Positions 11,400 to 21,739 of a DNA stretch of 64,000 nucleotides are shown here, piece after piece. The notes under the pieces were generated by a model, which worked only from the letters and a program-made list of their open reading frames with translations, was not told where the DNA came from and ran no database searches. The position numbers and the translations under genes were made by a program. This DNA comes from Truepera sp. (GTDB lineage: Bacteria; Deinococcota; Deinococci; Deinococcales; Trueperaceae). The DNA lies in NCBI GenBank assembly GCA_965218435.1, contig CBDCKW010000009.1, forward strand, positions 2,496,001 through 2,560,000, given 5' to 3'. How positions within the stretch are numbered: the stretch's first letter is position 1; each line of letters starts with the position of its first letter.

Positions 11400-11720
11400 C
11401 TTTCCTCCTCAATTGCCGACGACGCTTTGGATCAACCGAGATTGGCATTTACAGCTGGTCTGGCAGTTGGTCCGGGCGGATGTACGCAGCTCCGTTATTT
11501 TGCCCCCTTTACTAGCGGCTGCTCTTTGCTGACAACCTGCTACTGACAACCTGCTTTTGCAACATCTTATATTTAGCTGTATTTCGCAAAAGCAGTCTAC
11601 GCCAAACAACCACCTCTGTCAAACCAAAAACAGTAGATATTTGTCGTGTCGCAGACGTTTTTCTGTAGCCTTTTACGACATCTTTTTTGATACTACTTAG
11701 CGTAAGTGATTCTATAAAAT

Positions 11721-11933
11721 GTGAGTCATCTGTGGACTGTTCTCTTAGATACTGTGAAAGTGAACCTTGCCGACGACAGCTTCCCGACTTCACTCCCTGC
11801 CCGGCTCCGCATCTTGGCGCTACGCAGCGACCAGCTCTTAAAAGCCAGCGAGATCGCTAAAAAGCTCTCTATCCCGCTGACGACAACGGTGCAGCTCGAG
11901 GTTGTAGAAGATATCAACCTGATCGTCAGTTAG
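11721..11933 (+). pseudogene. ArsR-type HTH regulator remnant
   Basis: RLRILAL...ASEIAKKLSIPLTT wHTH pattern, truncated; divergent from the GH43 gene. Confidence 0.5.
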
Positions 11934-11963
11934 GTAAGGTGGGGCCATGAGCGGCCTTAGCGG

Positions 11964-13493
11964 ATGAGCCGTAAAAAACCTGCAGTCTCAGCACAACCAC
12001 GCATGGGTTCGGGCGACCTCGCCGCCGGCTTTACCGTTGCGTTAGTGCTTATTCCCCAGTCCTTGGCCTACGCCGAACTCGCGGGACTGCCGGCCCATGT
12101 CGGGCTCTACGTCGCCGCCTTGCCGCCCATCGCCGCTGCCTGGTTTGCCTCGAGCCCCTTTTTGCAAACCGGCCCTACCGCCCTGAGCGCGATTTTGTCG
12201 TTTGGGATTCTGTCGGCGCATTTTACAGTGGGCTCGAGCAGCTACCTCGGAGCCGCTGCGCTCCTGGCGCTCTTGGTCGGGATTTTCCGGATACTGCTGG
12301 GTGTGTTGCGGCTGGGCTCACTCGCTTACTTTATGAGTCAACCGGTCTTGCAAGGCTTTACCAGCGCGGCGGGCGTTTTAATTCTTAGCTCACAACTCCC
12401 GAACGTCCTCAGCGTTACCCTGCCGTCCGGGGCGGCTCAGGGCGTTTTTGCTCAGCTTGGGTGGACGCTCAGCCATTTGGGAGCGGTCAGCGGAACTGCA
12501 GTTCTTTTGAGCGTGGTCACGCTCGGGATTGTTTTTTTCGGTCGGCGTTGGTCACCCCTGTTTCCCGGCGTGCTGCTCGCCGTCCTCGGCGGCCTCGGCT
12601 TCGTCCGCGTATTCGGGTACGGCGGCCCGACGCTCGGCGCTGTGCCTTCGGGGTTGCCGCTGCCGAGTTTGCACTTCCCTTGGGCGACGCTGCCGAGTTT
12701 GCTCATCGGGGCGCTGGTGATCGCCGCAGTGGGGTTTGCCGAGCCCGCCGCGATTGCCCGCACCTTTGCCCGAGAGGGACAGCTGCGCTGGAACCCAGAC
12801 CGTGAGTTTGTCAGTCAGGGCGTCGCCAACCTCGCGGTGGGGCAGTTTCAGGGATTTCCGGTCGGGGGCAGTTTCTCGAGGAGCAGCTTAAACAAACTAG
12901 CCGGGGCCAAAAGTCGCTGGAGCAGCCTGGTCACGGGCCTGGTCACTCTGGCCTTTCTCCCTTTTGTCACCGTGCTGTCAAATCTGCCCAAAGCTGTGCT
13001 GGGCGCGGTTATCGTCACCGCCGTGGTTAACCTCATAAGGGTTGACGAGCTGACAAAGCTCTGGCGGGTCGCGCACTTTCAGGCGCTCACCTCTTAGGCC
13101 ACCTTTGCGCTGACGCTTTTGCTCGCCCCCCGAATTGACTACGCAGTGCTGCTCGGCGTCGGTTCGGCGGTCGCGCTGCATCTGTACCGCGAAACGCAGC
13201 TCGGCGTTCACCGTTACCGCAGCGACGACGCGCTCGTGTTGGAGCTTTCCGGCGTGCTTTATTTCGGCTCGGTGTATCAGCTCGAGGCTCAAACAGGCGA
13301 CTTGACCAGCGCCCTGAGTACGGTTTCGGACATCGCCGAAGTCGTCATTGACGCGGCGCAACTCGGGCGCGTGGACCTGAGTGGGGCGGTAGCATTAGAC
13401 GAACTGCGTAAACGGCTCGAGGCTGAAGGAGTCAGCGTGCGTATCATCCATTTGCGGCCTCACGTTCGTCATATGTTGGAACAGTTGCGGTAG
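11964..13493 (+). pseudogene. SulP/SLC26 anion transporter with STAS domain, split by an in-frame TAG at 13095-13097
   Basis: PQSLAYA and GSFSRS motifs; the frame continues through TAG (GCC ACC TTT...) into the last TM and STAS domain. Confidence 0.85.
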
Positions 13494-13797
13494 CGCGTGC
13501 GGCGCTAAAACTGCAGCTTCTAAACCGGGACAGCTTGTAGCGTCGTAGCGTTACAAACGGCGTTGATAGCGTAGGTTGTTAGCCACCTGCTTCTTCATTC
13601 TTACTCCTCACTCCTTGCACGACGAGCCGCCGGTGGCGCAGAGCCGCCCTCACTTCAGGAACGTCTTTTCAGGGACGCCTTTAGCACACCGTGGCAAGAC
13701 GCAAACTTTTACAAGCTCTTACTCTTCGGCGTCTACCGGTACTCGGTTTTTATCGCCGCACCCAAGCATACCGGTCGGCGCGGGAGCGGGTTTTTTA

Positions 13798-13996
13798 CAG
13801 GGCAGCCGCAAAGTCCAAAATGCCCACTGCATCTAAAGCGTTACTAAAACAAACTCGAGGTGTAAAGACCGGCTCATCAGCGTTTTGAACGCAACTCGAG
13901 CTACCGCACTTTCCGCCCGAAGGTCTTTCGGCCCTTTTGCTTATTCCGACCCTTTTGCTTATCAGAGTGCAGGGTACCGACTTTGCGGTAGCCCTG
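13798..13996. mobile_element. ISAs1-like MITE, 199 bp
   Basis: 18-bp terminal inverted repeats CAGGGC(AG/TA)CCGCAAAGTC (16/18 match); 10-bp flanking direct repeats GGGTTTTTTA/GGTTTTTTTA. Confidence 0.75.
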
Positions 13997-14049
13997 GGTT
14001 TTTTTACGTGGCGCGTCACGTGCCCCATCACTTAGGCGTAGCATGAGGG

Positions 14050-14712
14050 ATGGCCGGAGAGCTGCGTTCACGTCTCGTTTCAGCGCGTGTACGTCTGCTC
14101 GTCTTGTTGGGGGTAACCTTCGCGGCCTTTTTGGTGCAACCGCGCACGCTGCCGCTCGCGCTGCGCAGCTTGGTTGCTTGGAACGGCGGCGTCGCCTGCT
14201 TTTTAGGCTTGGCGCTCTGGCTGATTATGACTACCGACGCCAACGCGACCCGGCGGCACTGCTCACAGCAAGACGACAATTGGGCCGTCTTTGACGTGCT
14301 GCTCCTCTGTGCGAGCGTCGCTAGTTTGGCGGGCGTCGTCGCCGCGCTTATCGCCGCAAGCGAAGCTCAAGGTTTTTTGGCCTTTGCGCTCACGGGAACG
14401 GCAATTTTAGCAGTTGTGCTTTCATGGAGCCTGACGCACACACTTTTTACCTTTCACTACGCGCGCCTTTTTTATTATGAGGATCACGGCGGAATGGACT
14501 TTCACAGCAGTGAAAAACCCGATTACCGAGATTTTCTCTACGTTGCAGTGACGATTGGGGTGACGTTCGGCGTCTCGGACACCGACCTTACAGCGCACAA
14601 AATGAGGCGCGCGGTAACGGGGCATTCGCTGCTATCATTTTTATTCGGCACCGTGATTATCGCGCTGTCACTAAACGTGATCACCAGCTTGCTGTCGCCG
14701 GGCTCGAGCTAA
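14050..14712 (+). CDS. DUF1345 family membrane protein
   Basis: FHYARLFY, PDYRDFLY and TIGVTFGVSDT motifs. Confidence 0.85.
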   Translation: MAGELRSRLVSARVRLLVLLGVTFAAFLVQPRTLPLALRSLVAWNGGVACFLGLALWLIMTTDANATRRHCSQQDDNWAVFDVLLLCASVASLAGVVAALIAASEAQGFLAFALTGTAILAVVLSWSLTHTLFTFHYARLFYYEDHGGMDFHSSEKPDYRDFLYVAVTIGVTFGVSDTDLTAHKMRRAVTGHSLLSFLFGTVIIALSLNVITSLLSPGSS

Positions 14713-14753
14713 CTAACCCCTTAAAGAGGCCAGCGGCTACCGTTGCACGATGC

Positions 14754-14798
14754 GCAACTGTAGGGCGAGCAACTGTAGGGCGAGCAACTGCAGGATGA
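14754..14798. repeat. 15-bp tandem repeat, 3 copies
   Basis: GCAACTGTAGGGCGA twice, then GCAACTGCAGGATGA. Confidence 0.85.
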
Positions 14799-14846
14799 GT
14801 AACAGCGCCGTAAGTGGAGGCGGTAGGATAAGTTTAGGAGGCAGCT

Positions 14847-15035
14847 ATGTCAAACCCAGAACAGCTTAAAGATGAACCCGTTGCAAAACCGGGCGTCGAG
14901 AGTAACGTCCCGGTGCAAAACGGTTCCGACGAGGTTTACGACCGGCCTGAAGCCAAAGGCAGAAATACCATTTTGCTGGTAAGCTTGGTGCTCGTCGTTA
15001 TCGCGGTGATTATCGTAGCTCGGTATCTTTTTTAG
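14847..15035 (+). CDS. Small protein with C-terminal membrane anchor
   Basis: AGGAGG SD; hydrophobic C-terminal helix. Confidence 0.7.
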   Translation: MSNPEQLKDEPVAKPGVESNVPVQNGSDEVYDRPEAKGRNTILLVSLVLVVIAVIIVARYLF

Positions 15036-15108
15036 GCGACTGTAAGCTGAGCGAGCAGAGATTGCACCGGCAGAGGTGGCGTGTCAGGCTGTTGCCAGGA
15101 GGCCCTTT

Positions 15109-15408
15109 ATGCAGCGTACCAAAGAAGACCTCGAGAGGATGAATCAGGCTGAACTCGTCGCACGGGTGTTAGAGCTGCAAGACCTGCTGCGCGAGGGGCT
15201 CGAGGTTCGTAACGCCCTGCACCGCGTCTTAAACGACATCTTAAAAGTCAAAGCCGACGAGGTGAGCCGTTACGCCGACGTCTCTGAAACCAGCTTAGAC
15301 CCGGACGAGTGCGAACTTAAAGAGGCGTGGGCGCACGTTCGGCACGCGGTCGCCAACCCTTCGGGGGCGGCGACGATGATGCCCGACATCCGGGGTGAGG
15401 ACGAGTAA
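15109..15408 (+). CDS. Hypothetical coiled-coil protein
   Basis: AGGAGG SD before ATG at 15109; helical composition. Confidence 0.65.
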   Translation: MQRTKEDLERMNQAELVARVLELQDLLREGLEVRNALHRVLNDILKVKADEVSRYADVSETSLDPDECELKEAWAHVRHAVANPSGAATMMPDIRGEDE

Positions 15409-15425
15409 GGTGAAGATAAGTAAAA

Positions 15426-16382
15426 ATGGCTGAGCGTTACCCGGCAGCAGAGCCTTATGAAACCGGAATGCTGGGGGTTGGTGACGGCCACACGCTGTAT
15501 TGGGAGACCGTAGGTAGTCCTGAGGGCACCCCGGCGGTCTACCTGCACGGTGGTCCCGGCAGCGGCACTACCCCCGGCGCACGCCGCAACTTCGACCCGG
15601 ACGCCTACCGCGCGGTGCTCTTTGATCAGCGTGGCTGTGGGCGCAGCCGCCCGTTAGCTTCCGAACCTGACGCTGACCTGAGCACCAATACAACGGATGA
15701 TCTTATGGCCGACCTCGAGCGACTCCGTAAGCACTTAGGGATCGAGCAGTGGGTTGTCGTCGGCGTCTCGTGGGGCGTCACTCTCGGATTAATTTACGCC
15801 GAACGCTATCCTGAACGGGTCATGGGGCTGGTGCTGAGCGCGGTGACGAGCGGCTCGCGGCGTGAAATAGAGTGGATCACCCGTGACATGGGCCGCATCT
15901 TTCCGCGCGAGTGGGAGCGGTTCGTCGCCGCCGTCCCTAAGGCTGAGCGCAGCGGTGACTTGTCGGCAGCTTACGCGCGGCTCCTCACTAACCCTGACCC
16001 TCGAGTGTGTGAGCACGCGGCGCTCGAGTGGTGTCGCTGGGAAGATGTCCACGTTTCGCTGCTGCCGGGGTGGGAACCGAGTCCTCGCTTTGAGAACCCG
16101 CAGTTTCGGCTCGTCTTCGCGCGGCTGGTTACGCACTACTGGAGTCGCGGCTGTTTTTTGGCGGACGGCGAGATAGTGGCGGGGGCGCACCGCCTAGCTG
16201 GTATTCCCGGCGTCCTCATTCACGGACGTTGGGACGTTTCCGGCCCGCTAGACGTAGCTTGGGCGCTCCACCGCGCTTGGCCCGGTAGCCAGCTGGTCGT
16301 CTTAGAAGACGCCGGTCACGGTGGCGCTGGTTTTCCTGAAAAGGTGACTGCTGCGCTCAACCGTTTTCGTGAGTTGCGTTAA
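15426..16382 (+). CDS. pip: Proline iminopeptidase (alpha/beta hydrolase)
   Basis: HGGPG, FDQRGCGRS, GVSWG and AGH motifs. Confidence 0.9.
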   Translation: MAERYPAAEPYETGMLGVGDGHTLYWETVGSPEGTPAVYLHGGPGSGTTPGARRNFDPDAYRAVLFDQRGCGRSRPLASEPDADLSTNTTDDLMADLERLRKHLGIEQWVVVGVSWGVTLGLIYAERYPERVMGLVLSAVTSGSRREIEWITRDMGRIFPREWERFVAAVPKAERSGDLSAAYARLLTNPDPRVCEHAALEWCRWEDVHVSLLPGWEPSPRFENPQFRLVFARLVTHYWSRGCFLADGEIVAGAHRLAGIPGVLIHGRWDVSGPLDVAWALHRAWPGSQLVVLEDAGHGGAGFPEKVTAALNRFRELR

Positions 16383-16620
16383 AGCCTTCTCAAGGCTGCT
16401 TTAAACTGCGTCAGTAACTGACGTTTACGTGAACTTTCGACCTTACGACAATAGGTAAAACCAGCAGCGTTTCAAAGCCTTCCCGACACTTGCTTCTTAC
16501 TCCTTACTGCTTTTACAAACCACGGCACGCCAGGTCCCACATGATTTGAAGTGCCAACAGAACCCAAGTTAGTGACACTCTCGTGACAGTTATTCAGAAC
16601 GGTTCCGATTACCATAGGGT

Positions 16621-17817
16621 GTGGAACGACTTGCACTTATCGGGGTCTCGCACCGGCGCGGCGGCGCGGCGGCGCTCGAGGCGTGGCAAAACGCCTTTAG
16701 CCCTAAAGTTAACCCCCGGCAGACCCTCTCCCCCGCCGGTTTTACCGAGTGGGTCCCGATTATTACCTGTAACCGCTGTGACCTCGTGGTGGCGCTGCCT
16801 AAAGGAATGGACGCGCTGGGGGCGCGGCAGGCTCTAGCGGCGTACGCCCCCGAGTTTCGCCCCTACGCCTACACCGGTGACGGCGCGTTAGAGCAGCTCA
16901 TCCGCATTGCTACCTCGCTCGACTCACTGAATCCCGGTGAAGACCAGATTATGGCGCAGGTGCGGAGCGCGTTCTCGGCGGCGCAAGCTCTGGGGAGCAC
17001 CGGCCCGACGACGAACTTCGCCTTTCAGACGGCCCTTAAAATCGCCAAAAAAGTCCGCCGTGAGGTGGCGCTCGCGCCGCTGAACACGTCGCTCTTTAGT
17101 CTGGCAAGGCCCGAGTTGGAGCGCCGGTTGCCCCGTGGCGGCACCGTCGCAGTTCTCGGAGCCGGTGAGATGGGGTCACTGGCAGCGAAGGCTCTCGCAG
17201 CTCAGGAAAATATAGACCTCATCATCGTCAACCGCAGTGTAGAACGGGCACGGCAGCTCGCCAAGCTCTTGAGGGCAAAAAGCTCGTCGCTGGGGGCGTT
17301 TTTGGCGGCCCCGCCCCCGCTGGACGCGCTGGTCTGCGCCACGCCGGTACGCGGTCTGATTGACCGGGCGCTCGTTCAAAACCTGCCCGACCTCAAACTT
17401 ATCGTTGACCTGGGCGTTCCCCGTAACGTCGAAGAGGAGGTGTCGGGACTGCCCAACCTGAGCGTCCTCGATATTGACACCTTGCAAGACGCGGGCAAAC
17501 TGCGCCGCGAAACGCTGACTCACCGTCTGGCCGAAGCTGAAACGCTGCTTCAGCGAGAGTTAGAGCTGGCGCTGAGCGGCTGGGCTGAGCGGCAGCTCGG
17601 GCCGTCTATCCAAAAGTTACGGCAACAGTACCTAAACGCCGTTCACGACACGTTGCCCGGACTTTCACCGGCAGAGGCCGAACGTCTAGCCAACCGTTTT
17701 GTCCGTGTCCCGGTGCAGGGGCTGCGAGCTGTGGCGCGGACGCACGGTTTTGAGGCGGCCGAGACGTTTCTGGCTGAAACCGGAGTTCTTACGCAGGTGA
17801 CGCCCTATGACGCCTAG
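16621..17817 (+). CDS. hemA: Glutamyl-tRNA reductase
   Basis: TCNR, SLDS..GEDQI and GAGEMG motifs. Confidence 0.93.
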   Translation: MERLALIGVSHRRGGAAALEAWQNAFSPKVNPRQTLSPAGFTEWVPIITCNRCDLVVALPKGMDALGARQALAAYAPEFRPYAYTGDGALEQLIRIATSLDSLNPGEDQIMAQVRSAFSAAQALGSTGPTTNFAFQTALKIAKKVRREVALAPLNTSLFSLARPELERRLPRGGTVAVLGAGEMGSLAAKALAAQENIDLIIVNRSVERARQLAKLLRAKSSSLGAFLAAPPPLDALVCATPVRGLIDRALVQNLPDLKLIVDLGVPRNVEEEVSGLPNLSVLDIDTLQDAGKLRRETLTHRLAEAETLLQRELELALSGWAERQLGPSIQKLRQQYLNAVHDTLPGLSPAEAERLANRFVRVPVQGLRAVARTHGFEAAETFLAETGVLTQVTPYDA

Positions 17818-18724
17818 CGGCCCCGTTCGGATTGCCACACGTAAAAGCGACCTCGCGCTCTGGCAGGCGAACTGGGTCAAGGCGCGGCTGGGGGCGCTCG
17901 GGCACCCTGCCGAACTCGTTTTGATCGAAACGCAGGGCGACCGCACGCAAATAGACGGCACCCCGTTTCGGCTAATGCCGGGGCAAGGGTTTTTTACCAA
18001 AGCGGTGCAAGACGCCGTGCTGGGGGGTCACGCGGACGTAGCGGTGCATTCACATAAAGACTTGCCCTCGGCGCGGCTGGCCGGACTCGAGCTGGCCGCT
18101 GTCTCTGAACGGGCCGACCCCAGAGACGTGCTGTTAGTTAAACCCGAAGCGTTTGACGCCGACGCCCCCGCACTGCCACTGCGAGAAGGCGTCACCGTCG
18201 GTACGAGCGCGGCGCGGCGGCGGGCACAGCTTGCGCATTTGAGGGGTGACCTGGAGGTTCAAGAACTACGCGGCAACGTGCCGACACGCGTACAAAAACT
18301 TCGTGACGGCGACTACGACGCAGTTTTGTTGGCGGCGGCAGGGCTTGCGAGATTGGGGCTTGATCTTTCGGGCTTGGAGGTCATCCCGTTAGACCCACAG
18401 CTGTTCGTCCCGGCCCCGGCGCAGGGTGCGCTGGCCCTCGAAATCCGCGCTACCAACTATGAATTAGCTTCACTTCTAACCGACCTGCACAACCCGGCAG
18501 CGTACAAAGCCGTCGCCGCCGAACGCGGGTTGATGGCAATGCTAGAAGGCGGCTGTCAGCTCGCGCTCGGCGCGTATGCAGCCCTAAAAGACGGTCAATT
18601 GGAGCTTACGGCGTGGTACGACGGCAACCGCGTGACGGTCTCGAATCCATCGTCGGAAGCGGCGGCGATGCTCGCCTATGACGCGCTGGGTCGCCCCGCC
18701 CCTATCTCTACGGCGCTCAAATGA
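17807..18724 (+). CDS. hemC: Hydroxymethylbilane synthase
   Basis: IATRKSDLA, AVHSHKD, RGNVPTR and EGGC motifs. Confidence 0.97.
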   Translation: MTPSGPVRIATRKSDLALWQANWVKARLGALGHPAELVLIETQGDRTQIDGTPFRLMPGQGFFTKAVQDAVLGGHADVAVHSHKDLPSARLAGLELAAVSERADPRDVLLVKPEAFDADAPALPLREGVTVGTSAARRRAQLAHLRGDLEVQELRGNVPTRVQKLRDGDYDAVLLAAAGLARLGLDLSGLEVIPLDPQLFVPAPAQGALALEIRATNYELASLLTDLHNPAAYKAVAAERGLMAMLEGGCQLALGAYAALKDGQLELTAWYDGNRVTVSNPSSEAAAMLAYDALGRPAPISTALK

Positions 18725-19407
18725 ACGTCTTGCTGACTCACAGCGAAGGACGGCTAGAGGGTCTAGCCCCCGCTTTGCAGGCACATAGGTTTAGCGTGAC
18801 GCATCAGCCCCTCATTTACACCGAGTTTTTACCCGCGCGTGAGGCTTACGAAGCGGCTGAAAAACTGTGCGGCGCAGACTGGCTGCTGTTCTCGAGCCGC
18901 ACCGCCGTTCAAGCGTGGGCCGCTTTAGGGCTATCTTTAGACACGTATACCATCGGCGTCGTTGGGCAGAAAACCGCTGACGAAGTAAAAAAATCAGGCA
19001 GGCTGGTCTCAATGTCAGCCAAACCCGAAAACGCTGAAGGGTTACTCGAGACCTTTTTGACGCAGGTTTCGCCGCCTTTAGGGGTCGGTCTCCCCTGCGG
19101 TGAGCAAGCCTTACCGACGCTCTCGATAGGCTTAGCCGACGCCGGTTTTACAGTGACCAAAGCCGCGCTTTACCGCACCGTCACGCGGCCCCTCACCCGG
19201 CTGGACGCCGACCTTATCGTGTTGGCGAGTCCGTCGGCAGTGGCCGCACTGCCCGAAACAATCGGTCGAACGCGGCTCGTCGCCCTTGGACCCAGTACCT
19301 ATCAGGCTGTCAGAAAACGCGGTTGGCACGCGGCTGAGGCTCAAACACCCGACGTTAGCGGCGTCGTTCGGGCAGTGCTCGCTACTACTGCACTCGAGAC
19401 CCGTTAG
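18721..19407 (+). CDS. hemD: Uroporphyrinogen-III synthase
   Basis: FSSRTAV, VGQKTA, ASPSAV and GPST motifs; position in operon. Confidence 0.9.
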   Translation: MNVLLTHSEGRLEGLAPALQAHRFSVTHQPLIYTEFLPAREAYEAAEKLCGADWLLFSSRTAVQAWAALGLSLDTYTIGVVGQKTADEVKKSGRLVSMSAKPENAEGLLETFLTQVSPPLGVGLPCGEQALPTLSIGLADAGFTVTKAALYRTVTRPLTRLDADLIVLASPSAVAALPETIGRTRLVALGPSTYQAVRKRGWHAAEAQTPDVSGVVRAVLATTALETR

Positions 19408-19414
19408 GAGATTT

Positions 19415-20470
19415 ATGATTCAGGATAAGACCGTTTCGCTCATCCAACGCCCCCGGCGACTCCGCACGACCGCCGCCCTGCGTGACCTCATCGCCCAGAC
19501 ACAAGTACGCCCGCAAGACCTGATTGCGCCTTATTTTGTCGTGTCGGGAACGGACGTCACGCAGCCTATTGGGTCACTTCCGGGCGTGTTGAGGCTGAGT
19601 CCGGATTTATTGCTGCGAGAGCTCGAGCGCGGCCTTAACCAAGGCGTCAAAGCAGCGATGCTCTTCGGCGTCGTTCCGGGAGAGCTTAAAGACGGCGGCG
19701 GCACGCACGCGCACGACCCGAACGGCCCCGTCGCGCAGGCACTCCGAGCTGCTCGCCGCGCCTTCGGCAACGATCTTGTTTTAATGAGCGACGTGTGTTT
19801 GTGCGGCTATACCGATCACAGACACTGTGGTCTGCTGCGTACGACCCCGCGCGGCGTGGTCATTGACAACGACCCCAGCTTGGCGGCTCTAGCAGAGATG
19901 GCCCTCGTTCACGCCGAAGCTGGCGTAGATATGGTCTCACCCTCAGACATGATGGACGGGCGCGTCGGCTATTTGCGCGGGGCGCTCGACCGGGCGGGGT
20001 TTCAACATACCGGTATTTTGGCCTACACGGTCAAATATGCGTCGGCCTTTTACGGCCCCTTCCGTGACGCGGCGGGTTCAACACCTAAAGGCGGCGGAGC
20101 TGAAGACGATACGGAGAACAACCTGCAGCCCCCGAAAGACCGTAAAACCTATCAGATGGATTTTCGCAACCCGCGTGAGGCTAGGCTCGAGGTCGCTCTG
20201 GACGAAGCCGAAGGTGCCGATATGCTGATGGTCAAACCGGCGTTGGCTTACCTTGACATCTTGTATCAGATGCGGAGGGCCAGCGACTTACCTTTGGTTG
20301 CGTACCACGTCTCAGGCGAGTACGCCGCGCTCAAAGCGGCGGCAGCGGCGGGCGCGCTCGACGAGGCAGCAGCGGTTTTTGAAAGTTTAACGGCGATCAA
20401 ACGGGCCGGGGCTGACCTGATCATCAGCTACTACGCGCTCGAGGCGACCCAAAAAGGTTGGTTAGGGTAA
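19415..20470 (+). CDS. hemB: Porphobilinogen synthase (Zn-type)
   Basis: RPRRLR, DVCLCGYTDHRHCG, SDMMDGR and MVKPA motifs; AGGAG SD before ATG at 19415. Confidence 0.97.
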   Translation: MIQDKTVSLIQRPRRLRTTAALRDLIAQTQVRPQDLIAPYFVVSGTDVTQPIGSLPGVLRLSPDLLLRELERGLNQGVKAAMLFGVVPGELKDGGGTHAHDPNGPVAQALRAARRAFGNDLVLMSDVCLCGYTDHRHCGLLRTTPRGVVIDNDPSLAALAEMALVHAEAGVDMVSPSDMMDGRVGYLRGALDRAGFQHTGILAYTVKYASAFYGPFRDAAGSTPKGGGAEDDTENNLQPPKDRKTYQMDFRNPREARLEVALDEAEGADMLMVKPALAYLDILYQMRRASDLPLVAYHVSGEYAALKAAAAAGALDEAAAVFESLTAIKRAGADLIISYYALEATQKGWLG

Positions 20471-20548
20471 CGACTTAGCGCCGTAGCCCACAGCGGATGC
20501 CGGTTTGAGACAACATCAGGGACAGCCGGAGCGTGAGAAAATAGCGGT

Positions 20549-21730
20549 GTGAAGCGTTCTCGTATTACCTCTAGACGTGTAACCCGGATCGCTTTCGTCG
20601 TTGTCGTGGTGTTTTTGCTCGCACAGGTGGCGTGGTGGTTGATCTTTCAGGGGCGCTACATCGAACGGGTCACCCAAACGACCGTCACTTCTTGGGAGCG
20701 TGACGCGAGCACAGCAAGTCAGCTCTATCAGGCGCAGCCGAAACCACCGGTTAAAGTGCAACTCTTAAAGGTGTACCCACAGCTAAAGTTTACGGCAGGG
20801 CGTTTCGTTGTCAATCCGGTACAGCTGAGCACCTTCCGCAACGAACAGCTGGGCCACTTGCGAATGTTCGCCTTTGAAGGCCCCTTTTACGCGCTGGTGA
20901 TTTTGGCCGGGCTCTATATCATCGGGCTGAGTCTGCGGGCTGAACGCGAGCTTAAAAAGCAGCAGAAAAACTTCTTAAATGCGGTGTCGCACGAGTTCAA
21001 AACGCCGATCAGCACGCTCCGGCTGCTCGTCGAAACGGCGCTCTACCGACCCCTAAAACCCGAAAAACAGCGCGACTACTTAGGCCGGATGGAGCGCGAG
21101 GTCACTCGTTTGGAGGCGCTGAGCGAGCAAATTTTAGCCTCAGCGCGGCTCGAGCACGCTCCGATGGTCCAAACGCTGACGCCTACCGACTTAAACAGTG
21201 TCGTCAAAAGAGCGGTCGAACGCGAACGGAGCGGCCTCGAGGCGCGCGGCGCACGGCTCGAAGTTTCTTATACCCCGGACGCTCTTAACGTCGCCCTCGA
21301 CCCTTCGGCGTTTGGAACGATTCTGGGCAATTTGCTCGACAACGCCGTCAAGTACAGCCCCGGCCCGGATAAAGTGGTGCGGGTCAGGCTCGAGGCGCAG
21401 CGCCATCTCGCGTTGGTTCACGTCGAAGATGAGGGCATTGGCCTAAGCGAGAGTGAAAAAGCACACATCTTTGACCCCTTTTACCGCGTCGGCGACGAGC
21501 TGACGCGCGCGACTTCAGGCGTCGGCTTAGGGCTGCATCTGGTGCGCTCGATGACCGAAGCGATGAACGGCTGGGTCCGCTGTGACGCGCCGCTCGACGC
21601 GCAAACCGGGCGCGGCAGCCGTTTTAGTATCGTTTTGCCGAGGCGTTCGGAGCAACCTGCACCTGCCCATCCCTTACCTGTAGATTCACCCGAAACGCGC
21701 TCCACACAACCGCGCACCCTGGAAAGCTGA
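20549..21730 (+). CDS. Sensor histidine kinase (2 TM, HisKA, HATPase)
   Basis: SHEFKTP, NLLDNAVKY and GVGLGL motifs. Confidence 0.95.
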   Translation: MKRSRITSRRVTRIAFVVVVVFLLAQVAWWLIFQGRYIERVTQTTVTSWERDASTASQLYQAQPKPPVKVQLLKVYPQLKFTAGRFVVNPVQLSTFRNEQLGHLRMFAFEGPFYALVILAGLYIIGLSLRAERELKKQQKNFLNAVSHEFKTPISTLRLLVETALYRPLKPEKQRDYLGRMEREVTRLEALSEQILASARLEHAPMVQTLTPTDLNSVVKRAVERERSGLEARGARLEVSYTPDALNVALDPSAFGTILGNLLDNAVKYSPGPDKVVRVRLEAQRHLALVHVEDEGIGLSESEKAHIFDPFYRVGDELTRATSGVGLGLHLVRSMTEAMNGWVRCDAPLDAQTGRGSRFSIVLPRRSEQPAPAHPLPVDSPETRSTQPRTLES

Positions 21731-21739
21731 GTCCCCCCT

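Noticed and set aside
13550..13790. Possible riboswitch and SD-led 15-aa ORF (MKKQVANNLRYQRRL) on the minus strand
   Set aside because: No riboswitch consensus recognised, and the peptide is supported only by an SD-like motif
14754..14798. Possible CRISPR array
   Set aside because: 15-bp head-to-tail repeats with no spacers, and no cas genes in the window
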